Shown here: in pieces, positions 25,248 through 38,065 of the stretch | How positions within the stretch are numbered: position 1 is the first letter of the stretch | Layout: the number at the start of each line of letters is the position of its first letter | Source: Pristiophorus japonicus | Taxonomy: Eukaryota | Assembly (NCBI RefSeq): GCF_044704955.1 | Contig: NC_091999.1 | Span: 65,472,001-65,536,000 of the forward strand | Length of the DNA stretch: 64,000 nt | Direction: 5' to 3' | Notes under the pieces: model-generated | Databases searched by the model: none | Seen by the model: only the letters and a program-made list of their open reading frames with translations | What the model was told of the DNA's origin: nothing | Position numbers and translations under genes: made by a program

Positions 25248-28200
25248 ACATAGAAAGAAACATAGAAATTTACAGCGCAGAAGGAGGCCATTTCGACCCA
25301 TCGTGATCACGCCAGCCGGCAAACAGCCGCACCGCCCTTCGTCAGCACCCCAAAAGGTTACAAACAAACCCATGAACAATAACATAACAGCATGTAACAT
25401 CCAGCCCAACCAATCAATCCCACACGTTGCAACACACCTCTTACGAACAACATCTACACTTCACCACAACTGGAACCATGTGATCTCCTGGGAGAGGCAA
25501 ACACCAGATAAAAACCCAGGCCAATTTAGGGAGAACAAATCTGGGAAAATTTCTCTCCGACCCATCCAGGCGATCGAAACAAGTCCAAGAGATCACCCTG
25601 GCCATGTTCGATTCCCTGATTTACTCACCATTATATCTGTGAAGACCATCAAGAATTCATCTAGTCTAACCCCAATTACCAGCTCTAGGTCCGTAACCCT
25701 GGAGATTACGGCACTTTAAGTGTGCGTCCAACCACCTCTGAAAAGTAGCGAGGGTTTCGGCATCCACCACTCTTCCAGGCAGCGATTTCTAGTTATCCAC
25801 AGACCTCTGTGTCTCGAAGCGTCCCCTCAAATTCCTTCTAAACCTTCCACCAACCACCTTAAAACTATGCCCCCTCGTAATACCCGCCTTCACCAATGGA
25901 AATCGATCCTTACTAAGCACTATGTCTAGGCCATTCAATATTTTGTACACCTCGATGAACTCTCCTCTCAAACTTCTTTGGTCCAATGAGAACAAACCCA
26001 GCCTATCCAATCTGTCCTCATAACTGCAAGATTCCCCATTCCAGGCAGCATCTCAGTAAATCTACTCTGCACCATCTCTTGTGCAATCACGTCCTTACTA
26101 TAATATGGCGGCCAGAACTGCATGCAATACTCCAGCTGTAGCCCAACTTAAGCATTATACAATTTAAGCATAACCTCCCTGCTCTTATATTCTATGCCTT
26201 GGCCAATAAAGGCAATTATTCCGTTTGTGTTCTAACCAACTTATCCACTTCGCCTGCCACTTTCAGGGATCTGTGGACAAGAACGCCAAGGTCACTTTGT
26301 TCATCTACACTATTAAGTGGCCTACCGCGTGATGTGTATACCCTTGTCCTTATTAGCCCTCCCAAAGTTCATCACCGCGCACTACTCTCAATTAAATTCC
26401 AATTGCCACTGCTGTGCCCACCTGACCAGCAGATTGATGTCGTCCTGCAGTCCATGACTTTCCGCTTCATTATCAACCACACAGCCAATTTTAGTGTCAT
26501 CTGCAAACTTCTTAATCATATTTCTGTATCCAAATGTAAATCGTTGATATATACCACAAAAGGCAAGGAACACAGCACTGTGCCCTACGGAACCCCACTT
26601 GAAAATCCCTCCAATTGAAAAAAACATCCATCAATCATTACCCTTTACTTCCTACCTCCAATCCAATTTTGCATCCAACTTGACAGCTTTCCCTGGATCT
26701 CATGGGCTTTAAACTTCATGGCCAGTCTACGAAATTGGTCCTTATAAAAAGCCTTGCTAAAGTCCATATATATACTACATCTCAAGCTTTACCCTCATCG
26801 ATCCTCTCGGTTTCCTCCTCAAAAAATTCAATCAGGTTCGTCAAACAAGACCTCCCCTTAACAAATCCGTGCTGACTGTCACTAATTAATTAATGCCTAT
26901 CCAAATGCAGATTGAACCTGTCTTTCAGAAAATTTTCCAATAATTTTTCCACCACTGACGTTAGGCTGACAGGCCTGTAATTGTTCGGTCTATCCCTTCT
27001 TCCCTTCTTAAACAAGGGTACTACATTAGCAGTCCGCCAATCCTCCGGAACCATGCCCATTTGCAAAAATTAATGCAAAATGTTGATCAAGGCCTCTGCT
27101 ATATCCTCTTTTACTTCGCTCAAAAACCTGTGATGCATTTCATCCGGGCCTGGGGACTTATCTGCTTTAAAAGCTGCTAACCCCTTTAATACTTCCTGTC
27201 TCATTATATTTATTTAATTCAGAATATCACACTCCTCCTCTATAGCAGCATGCGCATTACCTGTTTCCTTTGTGGAAACAAATGAAAAATATTTGTTAAG
27301 ATCCCTACCAACATCTTCCACCTCCTCACAAAGATTATCCTCATGTTCTCTACTAGTACCTATCCTTGCCTTAGTTACCCCCTTAATATATATATAGAAC
27401 ATCTTAGGGGTTTCCTTAATTTACTGGCTAATAATTTCTCAAGCTGTCTCTTAGCATTCCTAATATCCTTTTTTAATGTTAACTCTTATCTTTCTATATT
27501 CCTCTAAAGATTATAAAGTATTTAGCCATTGATATGACATAAGCGTCCCTTTTTTTCTTAATCCTCCCTTGTAAGTCCGTCTACATCCACGGGGTTCCAG
27601 AATTATTTTTCCCAGCTTTTTTCTTTAAAGGTAGATATTTGTCCTGAAACATTCGGATCACTTTCTTGAGTGCCTCCCACTCTTCCAACACCGATTTACC
27701 CACAAGTAGCTGCTACCAGTCCACTATGGCCAAATCACTCCTTAATTTAGTAAAATTAGCTTTTCCCCAATTCTGAAATTTTATTCCAGGCCAATCCTTG
27801 TCCTTATCCATAATCAACTTGAATCTGAATGAATTTTGTTCACTGGCACCCAAATGCTCCCCCACTAATACCCCTTCAACTTGCCCAGCTTCATTCCCCA
27901 AAACTAAATGCAATACCGCCCCCTCTCATCTTGGGCTTGCTACATACTGACAAAAAAAATTCGCTTGAATTCATTTCAAGAATTCCGCACCCTCTATACC
28001 CTTCACAATAAATTTGTCCCAATCAATATTTGGATAGTTAAAATCCCCTACGATTACTACGCTGTGGTTTTTAGACTTCACAGCAATTTGCCTCTATATT
28101 TGTTCCTGTATCTCCCTCCCACTGTTTCGGGGTCTATAATACACTCCCAGCAGCGTGATCACACCTTTTTAATTTTTCAATTCGATCCATATGGCCCCAG

Positions 28201-29080
28201 TTAATGATCCCTTGGAACAAATCATCCCTCCTCACCGCTGTAATATTTTCTTCAATTAGTACAGAAAACCCCCTGCCCCCGCCACCTTTTACCCCTCTCT
28301 CTATTTTATCAAAAAAGCCTGACGCCAGCAATATTAATCTGCCAAACATGTCCCTCTTGCAGCCATGTTTCTGTAATGGCTATAATGTCATACTCCCAAG
28401 TGTCTTCCTGTGCATTTAGCTCATCCGCCTTACTCACTGATGTTATGTATTTAACCTCTTGTAAGCTGTATTACACTACCACCACAGCGCCTATCTTTTG
28501 CAGATCTAAGGGATCGCAGCGTCCCTTTGGAGCACGGTATATAAGCCTGCAATTAAGGAGGTGCCTGCACTCTGGAGTCGTATTAAATGAGCTATATTCA
28601 CACTTGCTCATTGTACACAGTACTCAGTTTCATCCTTTAATATGAATGTATCAGCTATACTTCTTGCATTAAAGTATATACCATTCAGCACAGGAAGATA
28701 TCCTTGCTTACTACATACTGAGCTCTCTTTTCTCTGTGTTACAAATTCCCATTGTAGATTCTTGCTATCCAACTCTTCATTTACTTCCTTCCCTTTTGAT
28801 ATTCGTTCTCAGATTCCCAATCCCCTGTCAGGGTAGTTTAAACTCTCGCCAACTGCACTCACAAATCTCCCTGAGAGGATATTGGTCCCTGTGTTGTTGT
28901 GGTGCAATCCATTCGTTTTGCAGAGGTCCCATCTCCCCCAGAAGTGTTCCCAATGCCTCAAGAATTTCAAGCCCTCCCTCCTACACCAATTTTCCAGCCA
29001 TGTGTTCATCCTCACTATCCATTTATTTTTGTACGCATTAGCACGTAGCATCGGTAGTAACCCGCAGATTATTTCGCTGT
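25248..29080 (-). mobile_element. Long degraded CR1 LINE (ORF1 esterase end, ORF2 endonuclease + RT, long 3' UTR)
   Basis: ORF 28809-29051 MNTWLENWCRREGLKFLRHWEHFWGRWDL..GLH (esterase); KKFADDTKIG at 26388-26627; RLGLFSLDQRSLRGE; tail catagaaagaaacatagaaa at 25248. Confidence 0.9.
28441..28653 (+). mobile_element. Short solo LTR inserted in the CR1
   Basis: TGTTATG...GTATCA termini with internal gtatataag (TATA) and attaaa; the CR1 reads colinearly across it (ttactcac|...|gctatacttcttgcatt); no clean target-site duplication. Confidence 0.6.
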
Positions 29081-29591
29081 AGAACAGTTACAATAAAGGC
29101 CGATGAACTGGAGTGTTCCAGATACAACAAAATTAGACGTTAGATATGAGAGAAATGTGATTTTCGCTAAATTTCAAAGGATTTCCTTTTTTCCCTCTGT
29201 GGCCTTTCTGGATTTACAGGCCGGTGAAGAGGGTGATGCACATCTTCCCTCTGGGAGCTTGAAGAGTTGTACTAGAAAATTACTTTGAAAGCACTGCAAA
29301 GAAATAGGGCATTCGACCAACTGATCTATGCTGGCCTTTATGCTCCATAGGAACCTCCTCCGAACATATTGTGTCTATACCTCATAACATATCCTTCTAT
29401 TTGAATCTCCCTCATGCATTTATATAACTTCCCCTTAAAATGCATCATCTCAGGTCCCAGAACGTTATTTCATGGAGTGAACATTTGACTTATCAGGATA
29501 GTCTATAAACAGTTAAAAAACTATTTGGTCCTTGATCAAGCACCGGTAATATTTACAGCGCGTCACTTGTTGCTACAACCTCCCCACTCAC

Positions 29592-29907
29592 CCTTTTCCT
29601 TGCGGATGGAACCTCTTATAGGAGTCAGCATTTCGTGATGACTCACCACGCAGTAGAACTCATCCCCTCCCAGCCATATTCATGTTGAGATGGTTAAGTT
29701 GCTGATCACGCTTTTGGGATGCTCTCCCGGTTGGAGGGAAATCTCTGATTTCAAATTCTCCTGCTCTTGAGTCCAGGACACGGTGACGCCATAAGGAGCA
29801 TTAGACACAATGCAGGTAATGATCACCGTCGCCTCCAGTAAGACATGTTCTCGTGAAGGTTGCGGAAGAGTGCTTTTCGTATCTTGCACGATGATTCATC
29901 AGTGAAG
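29592..29907 (-). pseudogene. IGHM: IgM heavy chain CH3 exon (in-frame stop; acceptor not recognisable)
   Basis: [40 protein letters not shown]...[37 protein letters not shown]|gtgagt; typical shark Cmu3; TGA at 29680-29682; 5' boundary approximate. Confidence 0.9.
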
Positions 29908-30467
29908 TAGAAATGAAAGTCACGCTCATCTTCATCTTCAGAGTCAGGCCACCAATATTCGGCCTAAACTCTCTCCAGGAGATTATATCCTCTTAGAGAT
30001 ATCAATCTCTCGCTGATGAATAAACACCATCGTTATTGGAAGGACCATAAATTGTCAATGATGTTCAGAAATCCTTTAACATTTCCAACGTCGACAGATT
30101 CTTGTGCCCGAACGCGTTTCCGGTCAGTGTAATGGCTCCACCACTCGGGCCAAGAGCTCGACATAAAAATCACACGAGTTCAAAACGAGTGCCAACCCAA
30201 AACCAGGATTTTATTTGCAGCAAGAAACAAAGTTTATCTTCTCGTGTCTTGTGATTTTGGGGGCGGTGAAAATGTGCAGGAACCAGTTGCAGTTCCCAAC
30301 CAGAGGAGAAGTGAAAGGTCGTTTAAATGGAGTTCCAAGGGGTCTTCTTTGGTGGGTTATAATTTGCAATATGGATGTGAAGTCGTTTGTTTATCTCTAT
30401 CAATACTGAGCGTTCCTGTCTCTTTCGAGAGAGTCAGTTGGAAATATAACCGCAGGGCAGTAATAGC

Positions 30468-31030
30468 AAAATAGGAACTGGAGAAGGCCATTCAGCCCAT
30501 CCTGCCTGCCGTCTTTCAATTGGATCATGACCTGATCTACACCTCAACATTATATACCCGCCTTTTGTGTCTCACTGATGATGACCTTGCCTCAGAAAGT
30601 TTTACCACATTCAGTTTTGAAACCTTCACTTGACCTTTAGCCTCAACAGCTTTTTGGAGAAGAGTGTTCCAGACTTAAACTACCCTTTGTGTGAAATAAC
30701 CGTTCTTGACAACTTCCTTGAACGGCCTACCTCTCCGTTGAGTATTATGTCTGTTGTTCTGAACTCCCACACCAGAGGAAATAGTTTATCTCTATCTACC
30801 ATATCAGTTCCATTTATCAACTTAAACACCTCAATTAGCTATACTTTAACTTCCATATTCAAAGTAATACAAACCTATTGTGTGCAACCTATCCTCACAA
30901 TTTATCCATCTTTGCCCCGATATGATTCGTCTTCATTTGCAGTGCATCCCCTCGGAAGCGAGTTTATCCATCCTGAGGTGTTGTCCCCAGTACAGATCAC
31001 AGTATTCTAAATAGTACAGATGCCCTTTCT
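30468..31030 (-). mobile_element. CR1 3' fragment in the CH2-CH3 intron
   Basis: aggaactggagaaggccattcagccc tail-side sequence plus decayed RT C-terminal coding. Confidence 0.65.
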
Positions 31031-31347
31031 AGCAGTGGGCCCTGAGACAGTTACCAGCAATGGATTGCAGACACCTACTCTCGTTCCGAATATGATCAGG
31101 CAACTCAGGATAAAGCTGAAAAAAAGGGAACCTCGCTCACAGTCTGGCATCAGAGCAAAGGGGAACCTTTGGTGAAGTGATGGAGTCATGATCCATGAGG
31201 TATCCATAGTCAGGACATACACTGAAAGGAAACACAAACTGTATGATTGGAAATGAGAAATAATTCTGTGCTTTTTAATAATTTCTATAAAAGCTCTGCG
31301 ACCCGCAATCAGAATGATCCGGAAATTCACGGGATTGCGTATCTTTC

Positions 31348-31661
31348 CGTGAGATCTAGTAATGTTTCGGCTTTGGGTGAATCCTTGATGAGAAACCTGG
31401 CAGGTATCGACCCGAGCGGGCGAACCATTCCTCGGTGGGAAATATCAGCCGACTGGTCGTTGAGAAGTTCATATTAACTTTAGAGACAGGAGAGGTGATG
31501 ATGTGCGAATACATTAATTGTCCATTCCTCAGCCAATTGACCATCACTTCACTTGGGCGGAAATCGATGATTGAACACACGAGGGTTGCAGATCTGCTTC
31601 TGGCGATTTCTTCAATTGAACTCAGGGTAAGGAAAACACTTGGAATGCTGCACCACAGTAT
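31348..31661 (-). pseudogene. IGHM: IgM heavy chain CH2 exon (two frameshifts; donor GT>GA)
   Basis: Acceptor ttcttgcag|AT; PSVFLTLSSIEEIARSRSATLVCSIIDFRPSEVMVNWLRNG...TSRLIFPTEEWF, then shifted frame TCQVSHQGFTQSRNITRSH; 314 nt (312+2); ends G|gaaaga. Confidence 0.9.
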
Positions 31662-31734
31662 CTGCAAGAAAATACATTTTATTGGGATTATTTGTTGCAA
31701 TCCAAACAATTAAGAACTGTTAAGCGATTTTTAA

Positions 31735-32245
31735 CATAGAATCTACAACGCAGAAACAGAACATTCGGCCCAACAAGGTCGGGGTTTATGACGCAATGAG
31801 CCTTCGTTCACTCTACTTTCTCTCCCAAATGTACTTATCTTAATCCGCCTGAAACGGATCGATGCTATTCGCCTCAAGTACTCCATGTGGTCGCGACTTC
31901 CACATTCTACCAACCCCCTGGGTAAATACGTTTCTCCTGATTTCACAATTGGATTTATTGCAATTATCTTACTATAGCGGCCCCTGGTACCGGGCTCCTC
32001 TTCAAGCAGAAATAGGTTCTCTACCTCTAACCTTTCAAACAACTTCATAATTTTAAAGACCTCTATTCGCCCAACCCTCAGCGTTCCCTTTTCTAGAGAA
32101 AATAGCCCCACCTGGTGCAATCACTTTTGTCAGTTACAATCTTTCAGTTGCGCTGTCGTACTTGCAAATATTTTTGGTGCACTTCTCCAATGCCTCTGTA
32201 TCATTGTTACAATATGGAAACCAGCAGTATGCACATTACAGCAAA
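31735..32245 (-). mobile_element. CR1 3' fragment in the CH1-CH2 intron
   Basis: VGLFSLEKGTLRVGRIEVFKIMK; tail catagaatctacaacgcagaaac. Confidence 0.8.
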
Positions 32246-32899
32246 TATGATACGGAGAATGGAACTGTGTACATTGCTCTGAATGTTAGGTCGAGCACAG
32301 AGAGTGGGGAGTTCGAACCCACCGGGGGGCAAAGATTATACCCAGCGGGCGGGCTGGGTTCGAACCTAGTGAGAGGCAGTGTTAGATGCCGAGCGAGGGG
32401 CGGCGTTGAAACCAAGCGGGGAGTGGTGTTGGAGCCCAGCTTGGAGTGGTGTTGGAGCCCAGCGGGAGCGTCATTCGAGACCAGCGGGTAGCGGAGATCA
32501 ATCCCAGCGAGGGGTGGCACAGGATTTAACAACGGCGGCACCGTGGCCCAGAAGCGGCACAGTATATAGCAACAGCGGCGACGTGGCCCAGGAGTGGCGC
32601 AACATAGAATAACAGAGGATTTGTAGCGCAGCATTTAACAACAGCGGGATCGGGGCCCAAGGGAGGCGCAACAGTGCTTGATCTGCAGTTGTCTTCGTTA
32701 ATCCTTGCCACTGGACCAATAACTAGATCTGTCAAGCACGTGTGGTGGCTGCTGTGCAATGGCCACCACACGTTAAAGAAATCTAAGCACAGGCATCTTC
32801 CACCCTTTAAGATGTAACTCATTGTAACACCTGTGAGCCCATCCACTTTGGTGTGAACAGCGTCATCCTCGTCACGAGGGTTTGCCTAGTAGCAGTAAA

Positions 32900-33228
32900 T
32901 GTGATATGGAGAGCAGAACTGAGCACAATACTGTGTGTGACATGGAGACAAAACTGTAATCAGTACGGGAAGTGTGACATGGAGACAAACCTGTAATCAG
33001 TTCTCTAAGTGGTATATGGGTCCAGAACTGCGCACATTGCTCCAAATATGATATGGAGACCAGACCTGTAATCTGTACACTCAGAGTTATATGGGGACCA
33101 GAACTGCGCACAGTGCACCAAGTGTGATATGGAGACCTGAATTAGACGCAGTACTCCGAGTGTGAAATGGAGACCAGAACTGTGCACAGTGCTCTAAGTG
33201 TGTCATGGAGACCAGAACTGTGCACTCT
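32900..33228. repeat. About 38-bp tandem repeat derived from CR1 RT sequence, about 9 copies
   Basis: Unit gtgtgatatggagaccagaactgtgcacagtactccaa; its minus strand encodes the LE.CAQFWSP motif of CR1 ORF2. Confidence 0.8.
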
Positions 33229-33313
33229 AAATCTGGTTTAAGCAAGTTGTATAGAAAACAATATAATTTCTTTGCTTATCACAGTTTGCATCCCTGTAAC
33301 CCAAAACACTCGC

Positions 33314-33593
33314 CTGGCATTTTGATGTTCCAGACTGACCCATTTCGTCGAACCACGCAGTAGATTGTGCTGCTGCCCACCTCTGAGTCGGTGATGGTTA
33401 ACTGGCTGCTCAGGATGTCGGCTACCTTCCTATTGAGCAGTGACGGGTAGGTCTTCAATCCAGTGGTGATTTGCTCTTTATCTTTCTTCCAGGAAATGCT
33501 GGTGATTTCCGGGAGGTAGTCCATTGCCAAACGCCCGTAGGTGATAGGGCCGTTGATGTTGAGTTGGTCACAGGAGAAAAGCAGGCGGTGTCG
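33314..33593 (-). pseudogene. IGHM: IgM heavy chain CH1 exon (5' frameshifting deletion, first domain Cys>Arg, GC donor)
   Basis: Acceptor ttttccag|CG; [50 protein letters not shown]...[22 protein letters not shown]...MP G|gcgagt; typical shark Cmu1; 280 nt is not a multiple of 3. Confidence 0.93.
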
Positions 33594-35329
33594 CTGGAAA
33601 AGAATGGCAAATTGCACAAGTTCGAATCTGCAATGCTGGTATGGTAACCAAACATCGCGAAATTTGACTGCAGAATGAAATAATTCCGTCATTTGCTGAT
33701 CAAAGCCTAAATCAGCATTTGAGTTTCTGTGACTTGTGTGACCTGATGTGAAACGGCTCCATGTAACTTCAGTCTTGTACATAAGAAACATCACGAGTCT
33801 TAAATGGGTATACAATCCTGGAGACGCCTGTGTACTGAGGGAATGCCAGAATATGGCATTGGGGATTTCCTCCAGCTCTTGATCTCCTCTTATGGTACAC
33901 TTCCCTCAAGCTCGAACCATTTGAAGATTAGATTCGTTCATATCCTGTGCACCGAGCTCCTCCCGACATCCTTTTGCTATCACCTACTTATTATCAGCAC
34001 AGAAGAAGACCATTTTATGATAGCAAAATGTCGCCATCTCTGCACTTTACGATGCTGCATTAAAACTTACCATCTAGGCAAGCATTTGGCCAATTCTCAG
34101 AATCATTAACAGCCATCCTGAGGAAACATTGATATCTCATTCTGTGGCTGGATGCTTGATTGTATCTGCTTATGCCCCTATGCATCATATTGGGTCATTT
34201 AACGAGGTAAAAGGAGCAATATAAATGCAAGTTGTTGTTTTCAGGAGATACATTTGTTTCAATAGCGGCAGGGTTAGTTCTCCTAACCACACAACTAATA
34301 CGGCTAGATTCCGGCATGTTTATGAAGCATGACCCAGAATTATAAGATAATAACATTTTGCAGCACAGAAGAAGCCTTTTCGGCCCATCAGGCCTTTGAA
34401 AGATCTTTCCAACAATCCTGTTTTCCTTCCAATTCCCAATCTTCTTCACAATAGTTCAGTTTTATCAAGATATTATGGATTCTGCATGCAGCCATCTTTC
34501 TAATATGACATCCCGTGTCCAAACAGTCACTAGTGTATAATAATAGAATAAAACCTCTCCATGTATTCTATTACTGCTGATCAATCTCTGCTTTTAACTC
34601 ACCAATTCACTAACATGGGGAAATATGTTTCCAGAATCCCTTCATAAAACCCATCATAATTACAACACCGCTCTATAAGACCTCATAAAAATCTTCTTTG
34701 TTCCCATGAAAATAAAGGACGTTTACAGTAAATGGATGAAGTCTCTTTAAAATTGAAGTGAATTATTCAGCCCATAATGTTTGAACAGCGAAATTCTGCA
34801 CAGCCTGATTTCTAAGATTCAAGCTTTTGATGAAATTAGATTTATTCAAGTCTATCTCTTTCCTTCACAGAATTGGAGGAAGAGCGATGCGATGTGATTT
34901 GTGCTCTAACCCATGCTACAGAGTGGATTACTCCAGCCCTCCCTCCTCCCATTCGCTCAACTAAATTTACAGAATTCAATAAAAATCCAAAATCGATTAT
35001 ATGGAGCGATGCACTTGAAACGGTCCATTTCAATTTTACAAATATTTCTCCAACCTCCCGCCAGTGAGAACAAGTGCTGCTTTCTGAGCCGTTACAGGCA
35101 ATTCTTGTTGCTGTTTGTTACGAACGTAATCTAAACATCACGATAGGTTTCTGCTCTAAAAATCTAATAATGACAATCCAGTAGCATTATAAATCGATTG
35201 TTTATCAGTGGCATCTACGCACGGAAGTACAAAGACTAATTAACGTGCTTTCTGTTGATATGGGCAGATTACTCAAATAGCTGTGGCTTATTGGTCTGAC
35301 ACTGGACGCTCGACATAAGTGGGAAGTAA

Positions 35330-37360
35330 CAAAGAGGGTGGATGATGGTGTTGAAGTAGATCTTGGAAGCATAGACCTTCAAGTGGCACTTCATCAAGTA
35401 TCTCATAAAATACTTACTTGGGAAATAGAAACACATAGGATTAAAGGGGTAGAGATATCTTAGGTACTTAATTTGCTGAGGGAGAGAAGACAGAGAGTAG
35501 TGGTGAAGGAATGTTTTTTCTGACTTGAGAGAAGTTGCGTCGCCCATGAACCTGTATAATCAACAGTGCTTTTCTTACATTACAGACTGGTGAAATGGGC
35601 AGAAATGTGGCTGATGCAATTTAATGCAGATAAGTAACAGGGAAAGAAAATATAATCTAACTGGTACTATTTTGAGAGAGTGCAAGAGCAGAGGGAACTG
35701 GGGTGCTTATTCACAATCATTAAATGTGACAGCGCCAGTTGATTACATGGTGAAGAATGTGTATGGGTTAGTTGGCTTTGTAATAGGGCCATTGAACACA
35801 GAAACACGGAAGTCATACTCACCCGTTACAAATCACTGGTTAGGCATAGGTGGAATAGAGTACACAATTCTGACCACCACAATTTAGGAAGGATGACAAG
35901 CCTTGAAGTGGGTTGAGAGGAGGTTGACAATGATGGTAGCAGGGATGAGAAACTTCAGGTATGTGGATAAATTCGAAAAGCTGGGATTGTTCATTTCAGG
36001 AGATAAGGTTAAACGGGTGACCTTATAGAGGAGTTTGAAATTGTGAGAGCTTTTGTCACAGTAAGTAAGGAGAAATTATTTCCTTTGTCGAGTAGGTCGG
36101 TAATAAAAGGAAACAGTTTTAAAATAATTGGCAAACGATCTAAAGGGGAAATTAGGATTTTTTTCAAAGAAAGAGTTGCAATTTCTGGAATGCACTCAGC
36201 AACTGGACGTGTAATTGTGGAGAACTCATTGGAGTGTTACGAGGAAAGAGCTGGGATTGGAATTTGGACAGCGACAGGCAAAACGGGCCAAAGATTCTGT
36301 GCTCTGAGATTCTTAGTTCCCATATGACAACTGATTGCGAAAGTAAAAGCCCATGGGATCCAGGGCATAGTGGGAAGTTGGATCCGATATTGTGTCAGAA
36401 TATGAAGGAAAGGGTTATGTTTGATGTGTGTTTGCGGCACTGCAAGGCTGCTTCCAGTGGGATTCCGCATGTCCCTTGCTTTTTGTGATATATATCAACG
36501 ATTTGGACTTGAATGTAGGGAGCATGATTAAGACGTTTGCAGATGATACTAAAATAGGCGGCTATATGCTTGATAATGATGAAAAAAGCTGCAGACTGCA
36601 GGAACATATGAATGAACTGGTCAGGTAGACTGAAGAGTGGCAAATAGATTTCAATCCGTAGAAGTGTAAGGTAATGCATTTGGGGAGTTCGAACAAGGCA
36701 GGGAAATAAACATTAAATTGGAAGACACCGGGAAGTGTGGAGGAACAAAGGAACCTTGGATTGCAGGTGCACAGAACCTTCAAGGTAGCAGGACATGTAG
36801 ATAAGGTGGTGAAGCAGGCATGCGGAATAATTGTCTTTATTACTCAGGGGTCGAATACAAGAGCGGGGAGGTTACGCTTCAACAAGTGTAGAGAAGGTGA
36901 TTACGAGGATGTTGCCCAGTCTGGAACGTTTTAGCTATGAGAAAAGATTGAATAGTCTGGGTTTGTTTTCCTTGCAACAGCGGAAACGGAGGGGCAATCG
37001 GATTGAGGTGTATATAATTATGAGGGTCCTTGAAAGAGTGGATAGTAAGGACCTATTTCCCTTGGCAGAGGGATCAACAACCAAGTGACATCGATTAAAC
37101 GTAATTGGTAAGCAATTTAGCGGAGGTATGAGGGGAAATTTCTTCACCCAGAAGGTGGTGGGGATCTGGACCTCCTTGCTTGAAAGAGTGCTGGAGGCAG
37201 AAGCCCAAATCACATTTAACGGGTGCTTGGGTGTGCACTTGAAATGATGTAACCTGCAGGGCACGGACCGAGAGTTGCAAAGTGGGTTTCAGCTGGATAG
37301 CTGGAAAGCCGAATTGGCATTCTTCCCTGCTGTAAATGTCTACGATGATTCTATGATTCT
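35330..37360 (+). mobile_element. Two successive CR1 RT/3' fragments in the J-CH1 intron
   Basis: LLFVIYINDLDL..KTFADDTKIG (36428-36628); YEKRLNSLGLFSL; tail tctacgatgattctatgattct. Confidence 0.85.
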
Positions 37361-38065
37361 GCTTGACTCAGTGGAATTCGTTCTCCCCGATTTAATTAGA
37401 AGAAACGATTCATAATGTTGTACACATCGATCAGATCTATGTTAATTGTTTGTTATCAAGCAAGAGGAAATTATAAATAAAGAGCCTGAGGAAGTTGACG
37501 CAAAGGATTCAGTTGGAAACCATCACACAGCCTGAAAGAATATTGTAAATGACAACTCATCGCAAGCTCACTATACCTCGTTAAACGTATCAAATAAGTG
37601 CAGGTCAGTAACTGTGTGTCGTGTGCTTTGACCCACTCCAATAGATGCATCTCAACCGAGTTTGTCCCTCTGTAACTTAAATAATACATTTTACCGAAAT
37701 ATTGCTTGCACACTCAAGGTTCCCATGATGTTTATTTGGAGCGGAAGGCTCGACATTCACCATTTAAATTGTCCAAATAACCTCCAGGCTCCCATCAGAC
37801 AAGAACAGGTGCTGCTTTCTGGAACGTTACAGTCACTTCCTGAAACTGTTTGCTGTGAAAATGAGTCACGATCCGGCCACTCTCATTCAATCATTTTCTG
37901 ATACTCAGAATCTTTAAAATGGATCAATTCATTAACAATTGGGCAGGTTGTTTAGCAATAAGGTTAAATTCAAACAGTGCGGGTTTGTTTCTTCGGAGCA
38001 ATGGAACGTTTTATTTTTATTTATCTGTCTCGAGCTCTCACACTTTATTACGTTGATGAAGATAG

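Noticed and set aside
29170-29280. Possible CH4 remnant after an acceptor-like attttctag
   Set aside because: No frame gives the Cys/Trp pattern of an Ig C1 domain; resemblance is too weak.
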